From: Candidatus Vogelbacteria bacterium
GTDB lineage: Bacteria; Patescibacteriota; Minisyncoccia; Phycocordibacterales; JACRKE01
NCBI GenBank assembly: GCA_016215335.1
Contig: JACRKE010000037.1
Coordinates: 2,924 to 66,923 of the forward strand
Reading direction: 5' to 3'
Length of the DNA: 64,000 nt
The notes beneath the pieces are model-generated. The model ran no database searches. It was not told where the DNA came from and worked only from the letters and a program-made list of their open reading frames with translations. The translations under genes were made by a program, and so were the position numbers. Of this stretch, positions 25,888 to 35,990 are shown one piece after another (the first letter of the stretch is position 1; each line of letters starts with the position of its first letter).

Positions 25888-28347
25888 ATGAATCTCTTGA
25901 ACTCAAAATACAGGAGACTCACCATTGCAATAATCGCGCTTACACTTGTGGCATCTTTTTTCTATCTGCCTGTCCAAAATTATGGAAAGCTTTCTTTGGC
26001 GGGAGCGAACACAGCATATGCCGAAGGAGTGAAAGAAGCGGTGGAAACATTCACTGCGACAGTCTCAAAATTCACTTCGTACCTTAGTAATCCAGACAAA
26101 ATTCTTGACCTTTTGGCTGATTTGGCAAATTCCTTCTTTTCAGCTGTAGATTGGATCTTTTCTTGGGTAATAATAGTGGCCTCTGCAATTTTTGAAACAG
26201 TGGTTTATCAGTTTGTAATAAAACTTAGTACGTATTTTCAGAAAGGCGAGTTCGTGGAAAAAATATGGATCCAACTCCGTAACTTCAGTAATATTTTCTT
26301 TATATTTATCCTGTTATATATAGGCATAATGACTATAATACAGCCTATTACCAAGCAAACTTTCGACTGGGGCAAAAGAACCATAGCAGTAATAATCGCC
26401 GCCCTACTGATCAACTTCAGTCTGCCTCTCACAAAGACCGTTGTCGACATTTCGAACATTGTCGCTTATCAGTTCTACAGCAAAATGAAGAGCGAACCCG
26501 ACAAGCCGATAGGCGTGTCATTTAACCTTGAAAAATTGAGGAACGTCGACTTGAGAAAAGAGTTTATGGTCTGGAGCGTGATTGAAGCCAGAGAAGAAGT
26601 GTCAAAAAAGCTAAAAAGTCTTGTGTCTGGGAAAGGTTTGGCGGCGGGACTGAATGCCGGTGTAACCATACTTAATATTCTACTCATTGCTGTTATGGCC
26701 TACGGCATAGTATACGGGGCCTTCATAATTCTAGTTCGTTTTATCGCCGTAGTAGTGCTTGTGGCTGTGTCGCCCCTGCCCTTTCTCTTGTGGCACTTCA
26801 GACCGACACAACCGTATGCCCATATGTATATAAGAGAACTGATCGCCTCGTGTGCCGTACTGCCAGTCTTTATGGCCTGTCTTTATATAGCGCTCTTTAC
26901 TGCGAAAGAATTGCCGAGATTACTGGGCACAGGATCGGGAACGGCAGGAGCGTCAACCGGAGCGACCGGATCATTCCTGGGGACCGCTGCCTACGCCGCG
27001 GGTGCTGACGGAAGTGGTGCGAGCATAGCGATGCTAATGATAGGCTATCTTGTACCAGCAGCCATGGTAATAGGCGCAACCATAATAGCCAAACAAGTTG
27101 GTGGAAGTGTCGGCAGTATGGCGGAAGCCGCAACTAAAAAAGTGGCGGCTTACGGAACACTTGGAATTGGTGCTTACGCTGGCTCAAGAGTGGGAGGAGC
27201 GATGTTAAATAATCGTTTAGGAAATTGGGTAGACCAAAAAACCGGCGGAAGAATTACTCAATTTTCTACAAAAGCAGCAGCCATCACAAACTCCGGCCTT
27301 GCAATGGCAGGAGTAGCGCCTCTAGCTTCCACAACTGCACAAAGATTAGAGGCTAAAGAAACATCAGACAAGGCTAAAGAAAAAACAAGAGTGGATACAA
27401 GAGTTGCGGCTCTGAAAAATATGGTCAAAGCTCAGGGGCTAGAGGACAAAGGCAGAGAAGCGGAACACGCAAAGGTTATAGACTCTTTGAAAGACAAAGA
27501 AGTACAAAAAGCGTACTACAAGTCACTTGATCCTAAACAACAAAAAGCCGTGGAGGGCAGTTTGTCGCCAACAACCAAGAGTAATTTGATATCGCTCAGA
27601 AGCGCGCAGGTGAAGGATAATCCTAAGGAAATTGCAGACCACCTAAACGGCCTCAAGGGGGACGATCTAATAGAATTCTACACCGATCCAACCAAGATGA
27701 AAGACTACCAGAAACAGCAGGTAGAGAAACTACTAAGCCCTGAAACCAAGAAGGCACTCGACAGTACCCTCACCTTCAACCAAAGGAAACTTGGAAAAAT
27801 GGCGGAACTCGAGGGGAACATCGCTGGCCAAATGGCGTATTTGAAAAACACCCTCGCGAGTAACCCGACAGACCAAGAGCTATTCTTCACAAGTCTCTCG
27901 AATGAAGATGCGGCAAGTTTACTCAATCAGTTGGAAGCAAGTGGAACAGGCGGAAAAGCTCTTGCCTTGAATCTAAAGAACTCTTTAAGCAAATCGGCCA
28001 AAGGAAACGTTGGAAAAGAAGCGACAAAGATAGCAGCCGCACAGGACACAACAAGAAATTTGACAACAGCCAACAATTCTTCAGCCGCTCCTTCTGATAT
28101 TAAAAATTCGCTCCAGTGGCTATCTGAGAATTCCAAAGACAAATTATTGAAAGGGAATATGCTTTCTAAACCACACGTACTTCCACACATTAGCGTAGAA
28201 TTACTGAGAGACTTGTCCGAGATGACAGTCCAAAGAAAAGCTGTTGTTAATAATCTGATCCAGAGTGCTAAGAATCCGGGATATGCTGGCCCAATGCCAA
28301 CTTCTGACGTTCTTGATTTCGTAATGGATCATCCAGAATGGAAATAA
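25888..28347 (+). CDS. polytopic membrane protein with long coiled-coil C-terminal half (VirB6/TrbL-like candidate)
   Basis: 819 aa, 7 or more TM helices in the first ~420 aa, then a K/E-rich coiled-coil; topology resembles T4SS VirB6 proteins; no sequence motif. Confidence 0.35.
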   Translation: MNLLNSKYRRLTIAIIALTLVASFFYLPVQNYGKLSLAGANTAYAEGVKEAVETFTATVSKFTSYLSNPDKILDLLADLANSFFSAVDWIFSWVIIVASAIFETVVYQFVIKLSTYFQKGEFVEKIWIQLRNFSNIFFIFILLYIGIMTIIQPITKQTFDWGKRTIAVIIAALLINFSLPLTKTVVDISNIVAYQFYSKMKSEPDKPIGVSFNLEKLRNVDLRKEFMVWSVIEAREEVSKKLKSLVSGKGLAAGLNAGVTILNILLIAVMAYGIVYGAFIILVRFIAVVVLVAVSPLPFLLWHFRPTQPYAHMYIRELIASCAVLPVFMACLYIALFTAKELPRLLGTGSGTAGASTGATGSFLGTAAYAAGADGSGASIAMLMIGYLVPAAMVIGATIIAKQVGGSVGSMAEAATKKVAAYGTLGIGAYAGSRVGGAMLNNRLGNWVDQKTGGRITQFSTKAAAITNSGLAMAGVAPLASTTAQRLEAKETSDKAKEKTRVDTRVAALKNMVKAQGLEDKGREAEHAKVIDSLKDKEVQKAYYKSLDPKQQKAVEGSLSPTTKSNLISLRSAQVKDNPKEIADHLNGLKGDDLIEFYTDPTKMKDYQKQQVEKLLSPETKKALDSTLTFNQRKLGKMAELEGNIAGQMAYLKNTLASNPTDQELFFTSLSNEDAASLLNQLEASGTGGKALALNLKNSLSKSAKGNVGKEATKIAAAQDTTRNLTTANNSSAAPSDIKNSLQWLSENSKDKLLKGNMLSKPHVLPHISVELLRDLSEMTVQRKAVVNNLIQSAKNPGYAGPMPTSDVLDFVMDHPEWK

Positions 28348-28366
28348 ATCATAAATATACAACATC

Positions 28367-28975
28367 ATGCAAAACTTAAACATAAACGACTACTCAAGTA
28401 GACTGACCAATCTTCCACCAAAACTGAAGCAGGCGATTTTGTCTGCCGATACACAATCGGCCATCGAAAACATTCACCAAAAGTACAAGCTTCATATTGA
28501 CAAACTAGGGAACCTTGAAGACATTACTCTCGATGTGCTGTACGGGGTGATAAAGCCCCAGGAGTATGTAGACAAGCTGGAATCAACACTTGGGATTGAT
28601 CGGGCTACAGCGGCGGGAATAACGGTCGACATGAACAACTCCCTCTTCCAGCCACTTCGAGACTCACTCATGGAGATTGGCACACCGAGTAATCACGTTG
28701 AATCTGATAGGACTTCCATTTTAAATGAAATACAGAATCCCACACCCACACCCATATCCGGAAGAGTAGTAATTGATTCAATGGGGGAGCCTGAAATTAG
28801 TGCGGCCCAGAGTCAAGAGTTAGGAGTTAGGAGCCAAGAATTAGAATCCGAATCCCAACTACCAACTACTGAACCCAAAGCATTCAACTCTATAGCGGAG
28901 GAGAAGCTTGCAGGCCCAGTAGTGGCAGAAAAAATAGAGACAAGGGTTGATCCGTATTTGGAAGCGCTGAATTAG
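28367..28975 (+). CDS. hypothetical protein
   Basis: 202-aa ORF inside the T4SS-like cluster; its stop codon TAG is the first unit of a TAGGTTG heptamer array. Confidence 0.3.
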   Translation: MQNLNINDYSSRLTNLPPKLKQAILSADTQSAIENIHQKYKLHIDKLGNLEDITLDVLYGVIKPQEYVDKLESTLGIDRATAAGITVDMNNSLFQPLRDSLMEIGTPSNHVESDRTSILNEIQNPTPTPISGRVVIDSMGEPEISAAQSQELGVRSQELESESQLPTTEPKAFNSIAEEKLAGPVVAEKIETRVDPYLEALN

Positions 28976-29003
28976 GTTGTAGGTGGTAGGTTATAGGTTG
29001 TAG
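28972..29003. repeat. TAGGTTG heptamer array (reverse complement of CAACCTA), about 4.5 units
   Basis: Begins with the TAG stop of 28367..28975. Confidence 0.8.
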
Positions 29004-29076
29004 AACATACGGGCACATCAATACACAAGAGCAAACACAGTGAGCGTAGTATAATAAAATCAATCTTAGATTTAAA

Positions 29077-29484
29077 ATGCAATTTCAAGTTCCACAATTC
29101 ATCGAAGTAGAGGACAAAATAGTCGGGCCTTTTACTTTTAAACAACTGATTTTTATGATCGGCGGTCTTGGCGGAATCTATATTCTCAAAAAAATTCTGC
29201 CCGCCATGCTTGCGTATCCGCTCATGCTCGCGCTCGGAGTGTTCACGTGGGCTCTCATTTTTTACAAATACAATGACAGGCCTTTTATTCTAGCTCTTCA
29301 ATCTTGGATAAAATACGAACTTTCCGCCAAATTGTATCTGTGGAACAAGCATCCGAAACCGATTACAACCAAAGACCCAAAGAAGCCCGGTGCCGCAATA
29401 CCAACCACAATGGCACCTACAGTATCGCAGAACAAATTAAAAGAGCTGTCATGGAGTTTAGACATTCAAGATAGTGTGAAGTGA
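29077..29484 (+). CDS. PrgI-like small membrane protein (T4SS VirB3-like candidate)
   Basis: 135 aa with two hydrophobic helices (LIFMIGGLGGIYIL, AYPLMLALGVFTWALIFY), located directly upstream of the VirB4-like ATPase as in Gram-positive-type conjugation loci. Confidence 0.5.
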   Translation: MQFQVPQFIEVEDKIVGPFTFKQLIFMIGGLGGIYILKKILPAMLAYPLMLALGVFTWALIFYKYNDRPFILALQSWIKYELSAKLYLWNKHPKPITTKDPKKPGAAIPTTMAPTVSQNKLKELSWSLDIQDSVK

Positions 29485-29566
29485 TTACGAATACAGATTT
29501 ATGATTTAGGAATAAATGTACAGCTCTTAAATCTTAAATCTAATCTCCTAAATCCACCTAAAACAA

Positions 29567-30223
29567 ATGGCCGACGCAAAACAAACGAGATTAACGCAGG
29601 ATTTTGTACCTATCGAGGAGGTGCGTGATGGAATTGCCTTGCTCAAAGACGGTACAATGTGCCTTATATTGATGGCATCCTCACTCAACTTCGCCCTCAA
29701 GTCTTCAGACGAGCAGCAAGCGATCCTGCTCCAATTCCAAAACTTTTTAAACTCTCTTGACTTCAGCGTGCAATTTTACGTTCAGTCAAGAAAACTCGAC
29801 ATCAGACCATATTTAGCGACTCTTGAGGATCGTTTGGCTCTGCAGACCAACGACCTTATCAAGATTCAGATTAAGGAATACATTGGATTTATTAAAAACT
29901 TCACCGAAAACACAAGTATCATGACCAAAAGTTTTTTCTTGGTTATTCCGTATACGCCTGCCATGCTCAACGTAAAACAAAGCAAAGGCATACTGTCACA
30001 GTTCTTCGGAAAAGGTTCGACTAAAGAACAGGACGATCTGAAAAAGTTAACCTTCGAGGAGAACCGTACACAACTTGAACAAAGAGCGAGCGTGGTAGAA
30101 CAGGGACTCGCGAGAACAGGAGTGAGGACCATCCCTCTCGGCACAGAGGAGCTCGTGGAACTTTATTACAAAATATTCAATCCTGGCGAACTCGAGAAGC
30201 CGATCGCCAACAGAATACAATAA
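29567..30223 (+). CDS. VirB4-like N-terminal domain encoded as a separate ORF
   Basis: 218 aa; the stop at 30221-30223 is followed 4 nt later by the ATG of the ATPase ORF in another frame; combined length 836 aa equals a full-length VirB4. Confidence 0.4.
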   Translation: MADAKQTRLTQDFVPIEEVRDGIALLKDGTMCLILMASSLNFALKSSDEQQAILLQFQNFLNSLDFSVQFYVQSRKLDIRPYLATLEDRLALQTNDLIKIQIKEYIGFIKNFTENTSIMTKSFFLVIPYTPAMLNVKQSKGILSQFFGKGSTKEQDDLKKLTFEENRTQLEQRASVVEQGLARTGVRTIPLGTEELVELYYKIFNPGELEKPIANRIQ

Positions 30224-30227
30224 ACAT

Positions 30228-32084
30228 ATGGCACTATTCGGATTCTTGGGCAAAAAAAATACAGAGAGCGAAAAAGCAAGCGAGCCGACGACCGCGCCTA
30301 TTCTCCCGCAGCAGATTTATGAGGCGGGCCTGCTTGATCTTAAAGACGTCATCGCTCCTTCCGCTCTCAAAATCACGCCTCAAGAGCTCAATTTGGGAGA
30401 GAAAATCGCCAGAACATTTTTCGTAATTTCATACCCGAGGTTTCTTTCTGAAAATTGGTTCTCGCCAATTATCAACTTAGACAAAATTTTCGACGTATCC
30501 ATTCTGGTACACCCCATAGACACGGCTGATGTCTTGCACAAACTGCAGAAAAAGGTGGCGCAAGTGGAAAGCCAGATAGCCCTAAGAGCAGAGAAAGGTA
30601 TGGTCCGGGATCCTGTTCTTGATGTCGCCTTTCAAGACATCGAACAGTTGCGAGATCAGCTCCAGCAATCGAGAGAGCATATTTTCGATGTCGGTCTTTA
30701 CATCACAATTTACGCAGACACAATAGAAGAGCTAAACAAAACCGAGTCCGAGGTTAAATCTATCCTCGAGGCCAAATTAGTCTACATCAAGCCCGCGCTC
30801 TTCCAGCAAGAAGAAGGCTTCTCGACCGTAATGCCAATTGCAACCGACAAACTATCAGTAAACTCAAAGCTTAATTCATCACCGCTCTCAAGTCTTTTTC
30901 CATTCATCTCATTCGACTTGTCTTCTGATAAAGGTATTCTTTACGGCATCAACAGGCACAACTCGGGTCTTGTTTTATTTGACAGATTCTCTTTGGAGAA
31001 TTATAACTCGGTCGTATTCGCTAAGGCTGGATCGGGTAAGAGCTATCTCACAAAACTCGAGATTCTCCGCACACTAATGTTCGATACGGACGTCATTGTT
31101 ATAGATCCAGAGCGCGAGTACGAATACTTAGCCGAAGCTGCGGGTGGACGTTACTTTAACATTTCACTTACTTCAGAAAACCATATAAATCCGTTTGATC
31201 TACCTCCTGTGGGAGAAGGGGAAACTGCTGCTGACGTGCTTCGTTCAAACATTATTAACCTTGTTGGACTATTTCGTCTCATGCTTGGAGGGCTCACTCC
31301 GGAAGAAGATTCTATTATTGACTCTGCTGTTACTGAAACCTACGCCTTAAAAGACATCACTCCGGAAGCCGATTTCACAGGCAAAGAACCTCCGCTCCTT
31401 TCTGATATGGAACTTGTGCTTGCCGGCATGGAAGGAGGAGCGTCGCTCGCACAAAGAATGCTCAAGTATACTCAAGGTACGTGGGCGGGATTCATTAATC
31501 GCCCAACAAACGTAGACATCAACAAAAAGTTCGTAGTGTTTTCTATCCGCGATATGGAAGAAGAACTGAAGCCGGTCGCAATGTACATAGTCATGCACAA
31601 TATCTGGAACTCTGTGCGCAAAGAGCTGAAGAAGAGACTGCTTGTGGTGGACGAGGCGTGGTTTATGATGAAATCGCAAGATACCGCGTCCTTCCTATAC
31701 GGACTTGCCAAACGAGGCCGTAAATATTTCCTCGGGGTGGCTACGATCACCCAAGACGTGGAAGACTTCCTTAAATCTCCTTACGGAATTCCAATCATTA
31801 CGAACTCTTCTATTCAGGTGTTAATGAAGCAATCACCGGCATCCATTGATATTGTTCAGAAGACATTCAACCTGACAGAGGAGGAGAAATATCTGCTCCT
31901 TGAATCGGCGGTCGGAGAGGGGATCTTCTTCGCTGGGATGAAGCATGTGGCGATCAAAGTTATCGCGTCATACACCGAAGACCAGATCATTACGTCGGAC
32001 CCATCACAACTCCTGTCGATAAGAAAAGCGAAAGCTGAGTTGAAGATGGTGGAGGGTGAAGTCGGGCAGGGAACCGTAAATTAG
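30228..32084 (+). CDS. VirB4/TrbE/CagE-like type IV secretion ATPase (C-terminal ATPase part)
   Basis: Walker A AKAGSGKSYLTK, Walker B LLVVDEAWFMM, conserved VirB4 C-terminal motifs (GVATITQDVEDF). Confidence 0.75.
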   Translation: MALFGFLGKKNTESEKASEPTTAPILPQQIYEAGLLDLKDVIAPSALKITPQELNLGEKIARTFFVISYPRFLSENWFSPIINLDKIFDVSILVHPIDTADVLHKLQKKVAQVESQIALRAEKGMVRDPVLDVAFQDIEQLRDQLQQSREHIFDVGLYITIYADTIEELNKTESEVKSILEAKLVYIKPALFQQEEGFSTVMPIATDKLSVNSKLNSSPLSSLFPFISFDLSSDKGILYGINRHNSGLVLFDRFSLENYNSVVFAKAGSGKSYLTKLEILRTLMFDTDVIVIDPEREYEYLAEAAGGRYFNISLTSENHINPFDLPPVGEGETAADVLRSNIINLVGLFRLMLGGLTPEEDSIIDSAVTETYALKDITPEADFTGKEPPLLSDMELVLAGMEGGASLAQRMLKYTQGTWAGFINRPTNVDINKKFVVFSIRDMEEELKPVAMYIVMHNIWNSVRKELKKRLLVVDEAWFMMKSQDTASFLYGLAKRGRKYFLGVATITQDVEDFLKSPYGIPIITNSSIQVLMKQSPASIDIVQKTFNLTEEEKYLLLESAVGEGIFFAGMKHVAIKVIASYTEDQIITSDPSQLLSIRKAKAELKMVEGEVGQGTVN

Positions 32085-32110
32085 GGGGACAGAAAATACA
32101 CATTGGAAAC

Positions 32111-32168
32111 TTGAAACTGGAAGTTAGAAACTGGAATGGTACATTATTCAAGTTTCCATATTCCAGTT
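32111..32168 (+). repeat. cassette-boundary repeat copy A (AAACTGGAAGTTAGAAACTGGAATGGTACATTATTCAAG)
   Basis: ~40-nt unit sharing ~85% identity with copy B; lies 27 nt after the VirB4 stop. Confidence 0.7.
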
Positions 32169-32188
32169 ACCAGATTCTAAACAAAAAA

Positions 32189-32626
32189 ATGGCGAGCCAA
32201 GAGTCCGTAAAACTAGAGAAAAGAATCGAGGTCAGGTGGCCTCTTGTTTTCCTCGCCGCAATTATTTTCGATGGGATAAAGCTTTTACTGCTCGCCCTAG
32301 ATTTGATCGGCTTGCTTGGAGCGGGGTCAGCGGTGAACAGTATTTTGAGCTCAATTTCGGGCTGGATTATTTGGACTCTTTTGAAGTCGGGAGGCGCTCC
32401 AAATCCATGGAAAGATATCCAGAGTTCATTCATTTCAGGCATAATCCCGTTCTGGCACTACATAGGCCAATCGTGGATTGTGAGAAGCGCAAGGCTTCTC
32501 AAGAAATACAAGAAAATGAATGCCGAGTTTGATAAAAAGCGAGCGGAAGAGCTGAACAATCTTATAGCAGAGATAAACAGAGAATCTGCAGAAGCCTTGA
32601 GTTCACCTGAACCCCAAATAGCATAA
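32189..32626 (+). CDS. small membrane protein
   Basis: First ATG (MASQESVKLEK...). The upstream part of track ORF 32111.. is a TTG-initiated read-through of a repeat element. Two TM helices, then a charged C-terminus. Confidence 0.4.
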   Translation: MASQESVKLEKRIEVRWPLVFLAAIIFDGIKLLLLALDLIGLLGAGSAVNSILSSISGWIIWTLLKSGGAPNPWKDIQSSFISGIIPFWHYIGQSWIVRSARLLKKYKKMNAEFDKKRAEELNNLIAEINRESAEALSSPEPQIA

Positions 32627-32628
32627 CC

Positions 32629-33657
32629 ATGTTTCAAATTCAAAACCTAAAAAAATATCTGCCCGGAATATTACTTATAGCGGTGATATTGTTTGCCCTT
32701 CCGGAAAACAGTTGGGCGATAACACAATATTCAATCAAAGGAGATGTTTCCGTGGAAGCAGTACCCGAAAATCCCATTCCAAATTCAAGCGTTAAATTCA
32801 GCGTTACAGACGGTTCAACCGAGTACGAAAATTCAATATACCAGTGGACGCTCGATGGAAAAACTATCCTGAAGGGGCTCGGCCAGAAATCAGTGACTTT
32901 TGCCACCGGACGAGCGGGCAAAGTCATGCAACTTTCGCTCGAACTGCTGACCCCGAGGGGAGAGCTCGTGCAAAAAAAGTTCAGTATAAATCCCGCAAGC
33001 GTTTCAATTGTTTGGGAGACAGATAGTTACACTCCGGACTTCTACGACGGCAAGCCGTTGCCGACGGAAGGTTCCAACGTGCGTTTTATCGCTGTGCCCG
33101 AAATGTACGAGCCGAACGGCAGAAAACTCACGCCAAGCGAACTATACTTTGAATGGAGTCATGAATTCGAAAAAGATTCAGCCATGTCAGGCTACAACAA
33201 AGATGTTTACCCCTACGAGTTTTTAAACACTCTGCGTGAAGATAATTTCTCGGTCAGAGTGAGGAACTTGGATGGCAGTATCGTGGCCGATACCGCGACA
33301 TATCTTGAAGCCATAGATCCGGAAATGTACTTCTACGAGGACAGTCCTCTCCGCGGCACTATATTCAGTAGAGCGGTGAGCGGGGAGTACAATATGGGTT
33401 CGCGAGAAATTACACTCCGCGCAGAACCATATTTTCTGCCGCTCGATAACAAGAGCAGATTGGTGAATGGAATCTTCGACTGGGAGATCGACGGCAAGTT
33501 AGCCACTCCAAGCTCTGGAGACAGGTCTGCGATTACTCTCAGACAAGACAAGGCGGGCAGTGGTAGTGCTGATCTCTCGGCCAAAGTGACAACGGGAACA
33601 GTCGACGTGTCGGCAAATCTTACTGTAAACTTCAGCAAGGGAAGCGTTAGATTTTGA
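32629..33657 (+). CDS. exported protein (signal peptide)
   Basis: 342 aa; N-terminal signal (LLIAVILFALPENSWA); beta-rich composition. Confidence 0.4.
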   Translation: MFQIQNLKKYLPGILLIAVILFALPENSWAITQYSIKGDVSVEAVPENPIPNSSVKFSVTDGSTEYENSIYQWTLDGKTILKGLGQKSVTFATGRAGKVMQLSLELLTPRGELVQKKFSINPASVSIVWETDSYTPDFYDGKPLPTEGSNVRFIAVPEMYEPNGRKLTPSELYFEWSHEFEKDSAMSGYNKDVYPYEFLNTLREDNFSVRVRNLDGSIVADTATYLEAIDPEMYFYEDSPLRGTIFSRAVSGEYNMGSREITLRAEPYFLPLDNKSRLVNGIFDWEIDGKLATPSSGDRSAITLRQDKAGSGSADLSAKVTTGTVDVSANLTVNFSKGSVRF

Positions 33658-34565
33658 TCTATATGAACAGCAAAAAACATCTAAAAATTACAGGACTTAT
33701 AGTGATATTACTCTTTTCTCTTTCTATTTTTACTACAAGCTCATACGCGCTTCAGAACCCGGAAGGTCTCTCCGACAGCTCGGGCAATTCAGGAGCAAAT
33801 CTCCTCGAACCGAGCGTCGAAACAGTGCTTGGCTTCAGCTTTAATAGTTCTTTTGAATCTTTCGCTCTCAAAACATACCAGTGGCTTTTCTGGCTTGCGG
33901 AACTGCTGGCGGTCATAATGCTCGCAATGTATGGCATAGCCTATGTTTGGGGCGCTTTTGGCAGTGAGGCACTAATCAATGAATATAGAGGATACATTAA
34001 AGACATTTTAATCGGCGGCACAATACTGCTTTTAAGCTATCTCATACTAAATACAATCAATCCCAAACTTCTAACAAGTAAACTTTCCATTGAATGCATA
34101 GCAGCGAACGGCTGCAAGGGAATGACGGGGGGTGGGGGAAATAATGATGATTTGAATGTTGCGAGAGACACAACAGAGGCTAATCCGCCACAACGTTTTG
34201 TTCCACCAGTAGACAGAGGGACCGGAGATTTAATTACTGCAATGCGAACAAGTGGTATAGCGGTGAATGGAGACGTAACAAACATAACAAGTACGACAGT
34301 AGGAGGACTTAACGTATTGAACGGAGATATTACAGGAGATTTAACTGACTCGCGAGTCACTGGCACAACTCTCGATTATCGTGGGTTTGTCATCGGGGCT
34401 GACGGAAACCAAACAGTTATTTTAGCCCCGACAGAGAGATTAAATCTTTACTATAACACCTTGCCACGTTCGGGAATCACCGACTCTAGAAGTACTCCCC
34501 ACGGACTGCTTACATTTGATGAAACAAGTGGAAACTACGAATATCGTAATTCTCCAAGATTTTAA
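33654..34565 (+). CDS. membrane protein with signal peptide and two further hydrophobic helices (pilin/VirB2-like topology) plus G/T/N-rich C-terminal extension
   Basis: 303 aa; overlaps the previous stop by 4 nt; topology only. Confidence 0.35.
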   Translation: MIYMNSKKHLKITGLIVILLFSLSIFTTSSYALQNPEGLSDSSGNSGANLLEPSVETVLGFSFNSSFESFALKTYQWLFWLAELLAVIMLAMYGIAYVWGAFGSEALINEYRGYIKDILIGGTILLLSYLILNTINPKLLTSKLSIECIAANGCKGMTGGGGNNDDLNVARDTTEANPPQRFVPPVDRGTGDLITAMRTSGIAVNGDVTNITSTTVGGLNVLNGDITGDLTDSRVTGTTLDYRGFVIGADGNQTVILAPTERLNLYYNTLPRSGITDSRSTPHGLLTFDETSGNYEYRNSPRF

Positions 34566-34579
34566 CTACCCTGCATTCC

Positions 34580-35905
34580 ATGACCTACAAAAGTTTAATT
34601 ATTATAGTTCTAATCTTCCTCTCCATCGGAGCTGGGGCTGGTTGGTATTTCTTTCGGCCCGCCGCGCCGGCTCCGGACGGCGCGGCGGGTGATGCTGTTT
34701 CTGACACAGGCTATTTTCCATCCACGGGTAACTCTTCCGGCGATTCGTCGGGCAAAGGCTCGGGAGGAGCCACAATAATTAAACCTTCGGATCAGGCGGA
34801 CGGGGGTGATAATCTTAACGCAAATGTGAATGTAAATGTGCCGGTTATGCGCCAACTGGTATCGTCACCAGTTTCTGGAGCCACGATACTTACTCACGGG
34901 AGTTCAACATACGTAAGATACATCGAACAAAATACGGGACATATGAGTGAGATCGCTGCGACCGAAAAAGTCTCGAACAAAATCACAAACACAACTATTC
35001 CAAAGACTTACAAAATATTCTGGGGGCCTAAGGGAACTGCCGTCGTTGCAAAGATGTTTGGAGATGAAGGACGCATGAACATTTTGTTCGCCACAACCAC
35101 AATACCTCTTAAGGCCACCACCACGGAAGAAACCTATCGGACATTCACACCGGACTTCGGCTCTTCTATCGGAACACTAGATGGTCTTCTTCTCCCATCG
35201 ATAATAAAAAGTATCGCAGTCTCGCCGGACTCAAACAAACTTTTTTTCCTACTCAAAACCGAAAGCGGGACTGTGGGGGTAATTTCGAATTTCAAAGATG
35301 CCGTTTCAGCTAAAGCACAGATACCCATATTCCAGTCCAGATTGTCAGAGTGGCTTTCGGATTGGCCGGGGAGTGACATTATATTACTCAATTCAAGGCC
35401 GTCTTCAGGAATAACAGGCCTGACTTATTTATTAAACGCGAAAACCAAAAGAACCGAAAAAATTCTTGAAGGCATGGGTCTCACCGCAAAAGCAAGTCCG
35501 GATACCAAGAAGGTAATATTTGCCACCGGCGAGGGAAGCGGACTAAAAACTTTTCTCTATAACATCAATACAAACAAGAAGTTGGCATTTCCACTTCAAA
35601 CCTTGCCGGAAAAATGCACTTTTAGTTTCGACTCGCGTTATGCGTATTGTGGCGTACCCGCACAATTGCCTCTGGGAGAATACCCTGATGACTGGTACAA
35701 AGGCAAAATTCAGTTCAATGACGCAATATGGAAAGTGGACCTGGACAATTTAATCTCCACCGTAATTTCTCCTACCAACACATCACGTACAAGCAGAATT
35801 ATAGACGCAATAGAGTTGAAAACAGATCAAACAGGCGATCTGCTTATCTTTAAGAACAAAATAGATGACACGCTGTGGGCACTCACGCTGGAAACTGGAA
35901 GATAG
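34580..35905 (+). CDS. membrane-anchored exported protein
   Basis: 441 aa, N-terminal TM (LIIIVLIFLSIGAGAGWYFF), Gly/Ser-rich linker; stop codon lies inside repeat copy B. Confidence 0.4.
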   Translation: MTYKSLIIIVLIFLSIGAGAGWYFFRPAAPAPDGAAGDAVSDTGYFPSTGNSSGDSSGKGSGGATIIKPSDQADGGDNLNANVNVNVPVMRQLVSSPVSGATILTHGSSTYVRYIEQNTGHMSEIAATEKVSNKITNTTIPKTYKIFWGPKGTAVVAKMFGDEGRMNILFATTTIPLKATTTEETYRTFTPDFGSSIGTLDGLLLPSIIKSIAVSPDSNKLFFLLKTESGTVGVISNFKDAVSAKAQIPIFQSRLSEWLSDWPGSDIILLNSRPSSGITGLTYLLNAKTKRTEKILEGMGLTAKASPDTKKVIFATGEGSGLKTFLYNINTNKKLAFPLQTLPEKCTFSFDSRYAYCGVPAQLPLGEYPDDWYKGKIQFNDAIWKVDLDNLISTVISPTNTSRTSRIIDAIELKTDQTGDLLIFKNKIDDTLWALTLETGR

Positions 35906-35944
35906 AAACTAGAATGGCGCATTATTCTAGACTACAGATTCAAG
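35887..35944 (+). repeat. cassette-boundary repeat copy B (GAAACTGGAAGATAGAAACTAGAATGGCGCATTATTCTAG)
   Basis: Overlaps the stop codon of 34580..35905; contains a 7-bp hairpin CTAGAAT/ATTCTAG; 47 nt upstream of the MNT start. Confidence 0.7.
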
Positions 35945-35990
35945 TCTATGGCTCGTTCGGCTAGTTCAACCAATCAATTCGTGCTAACAT

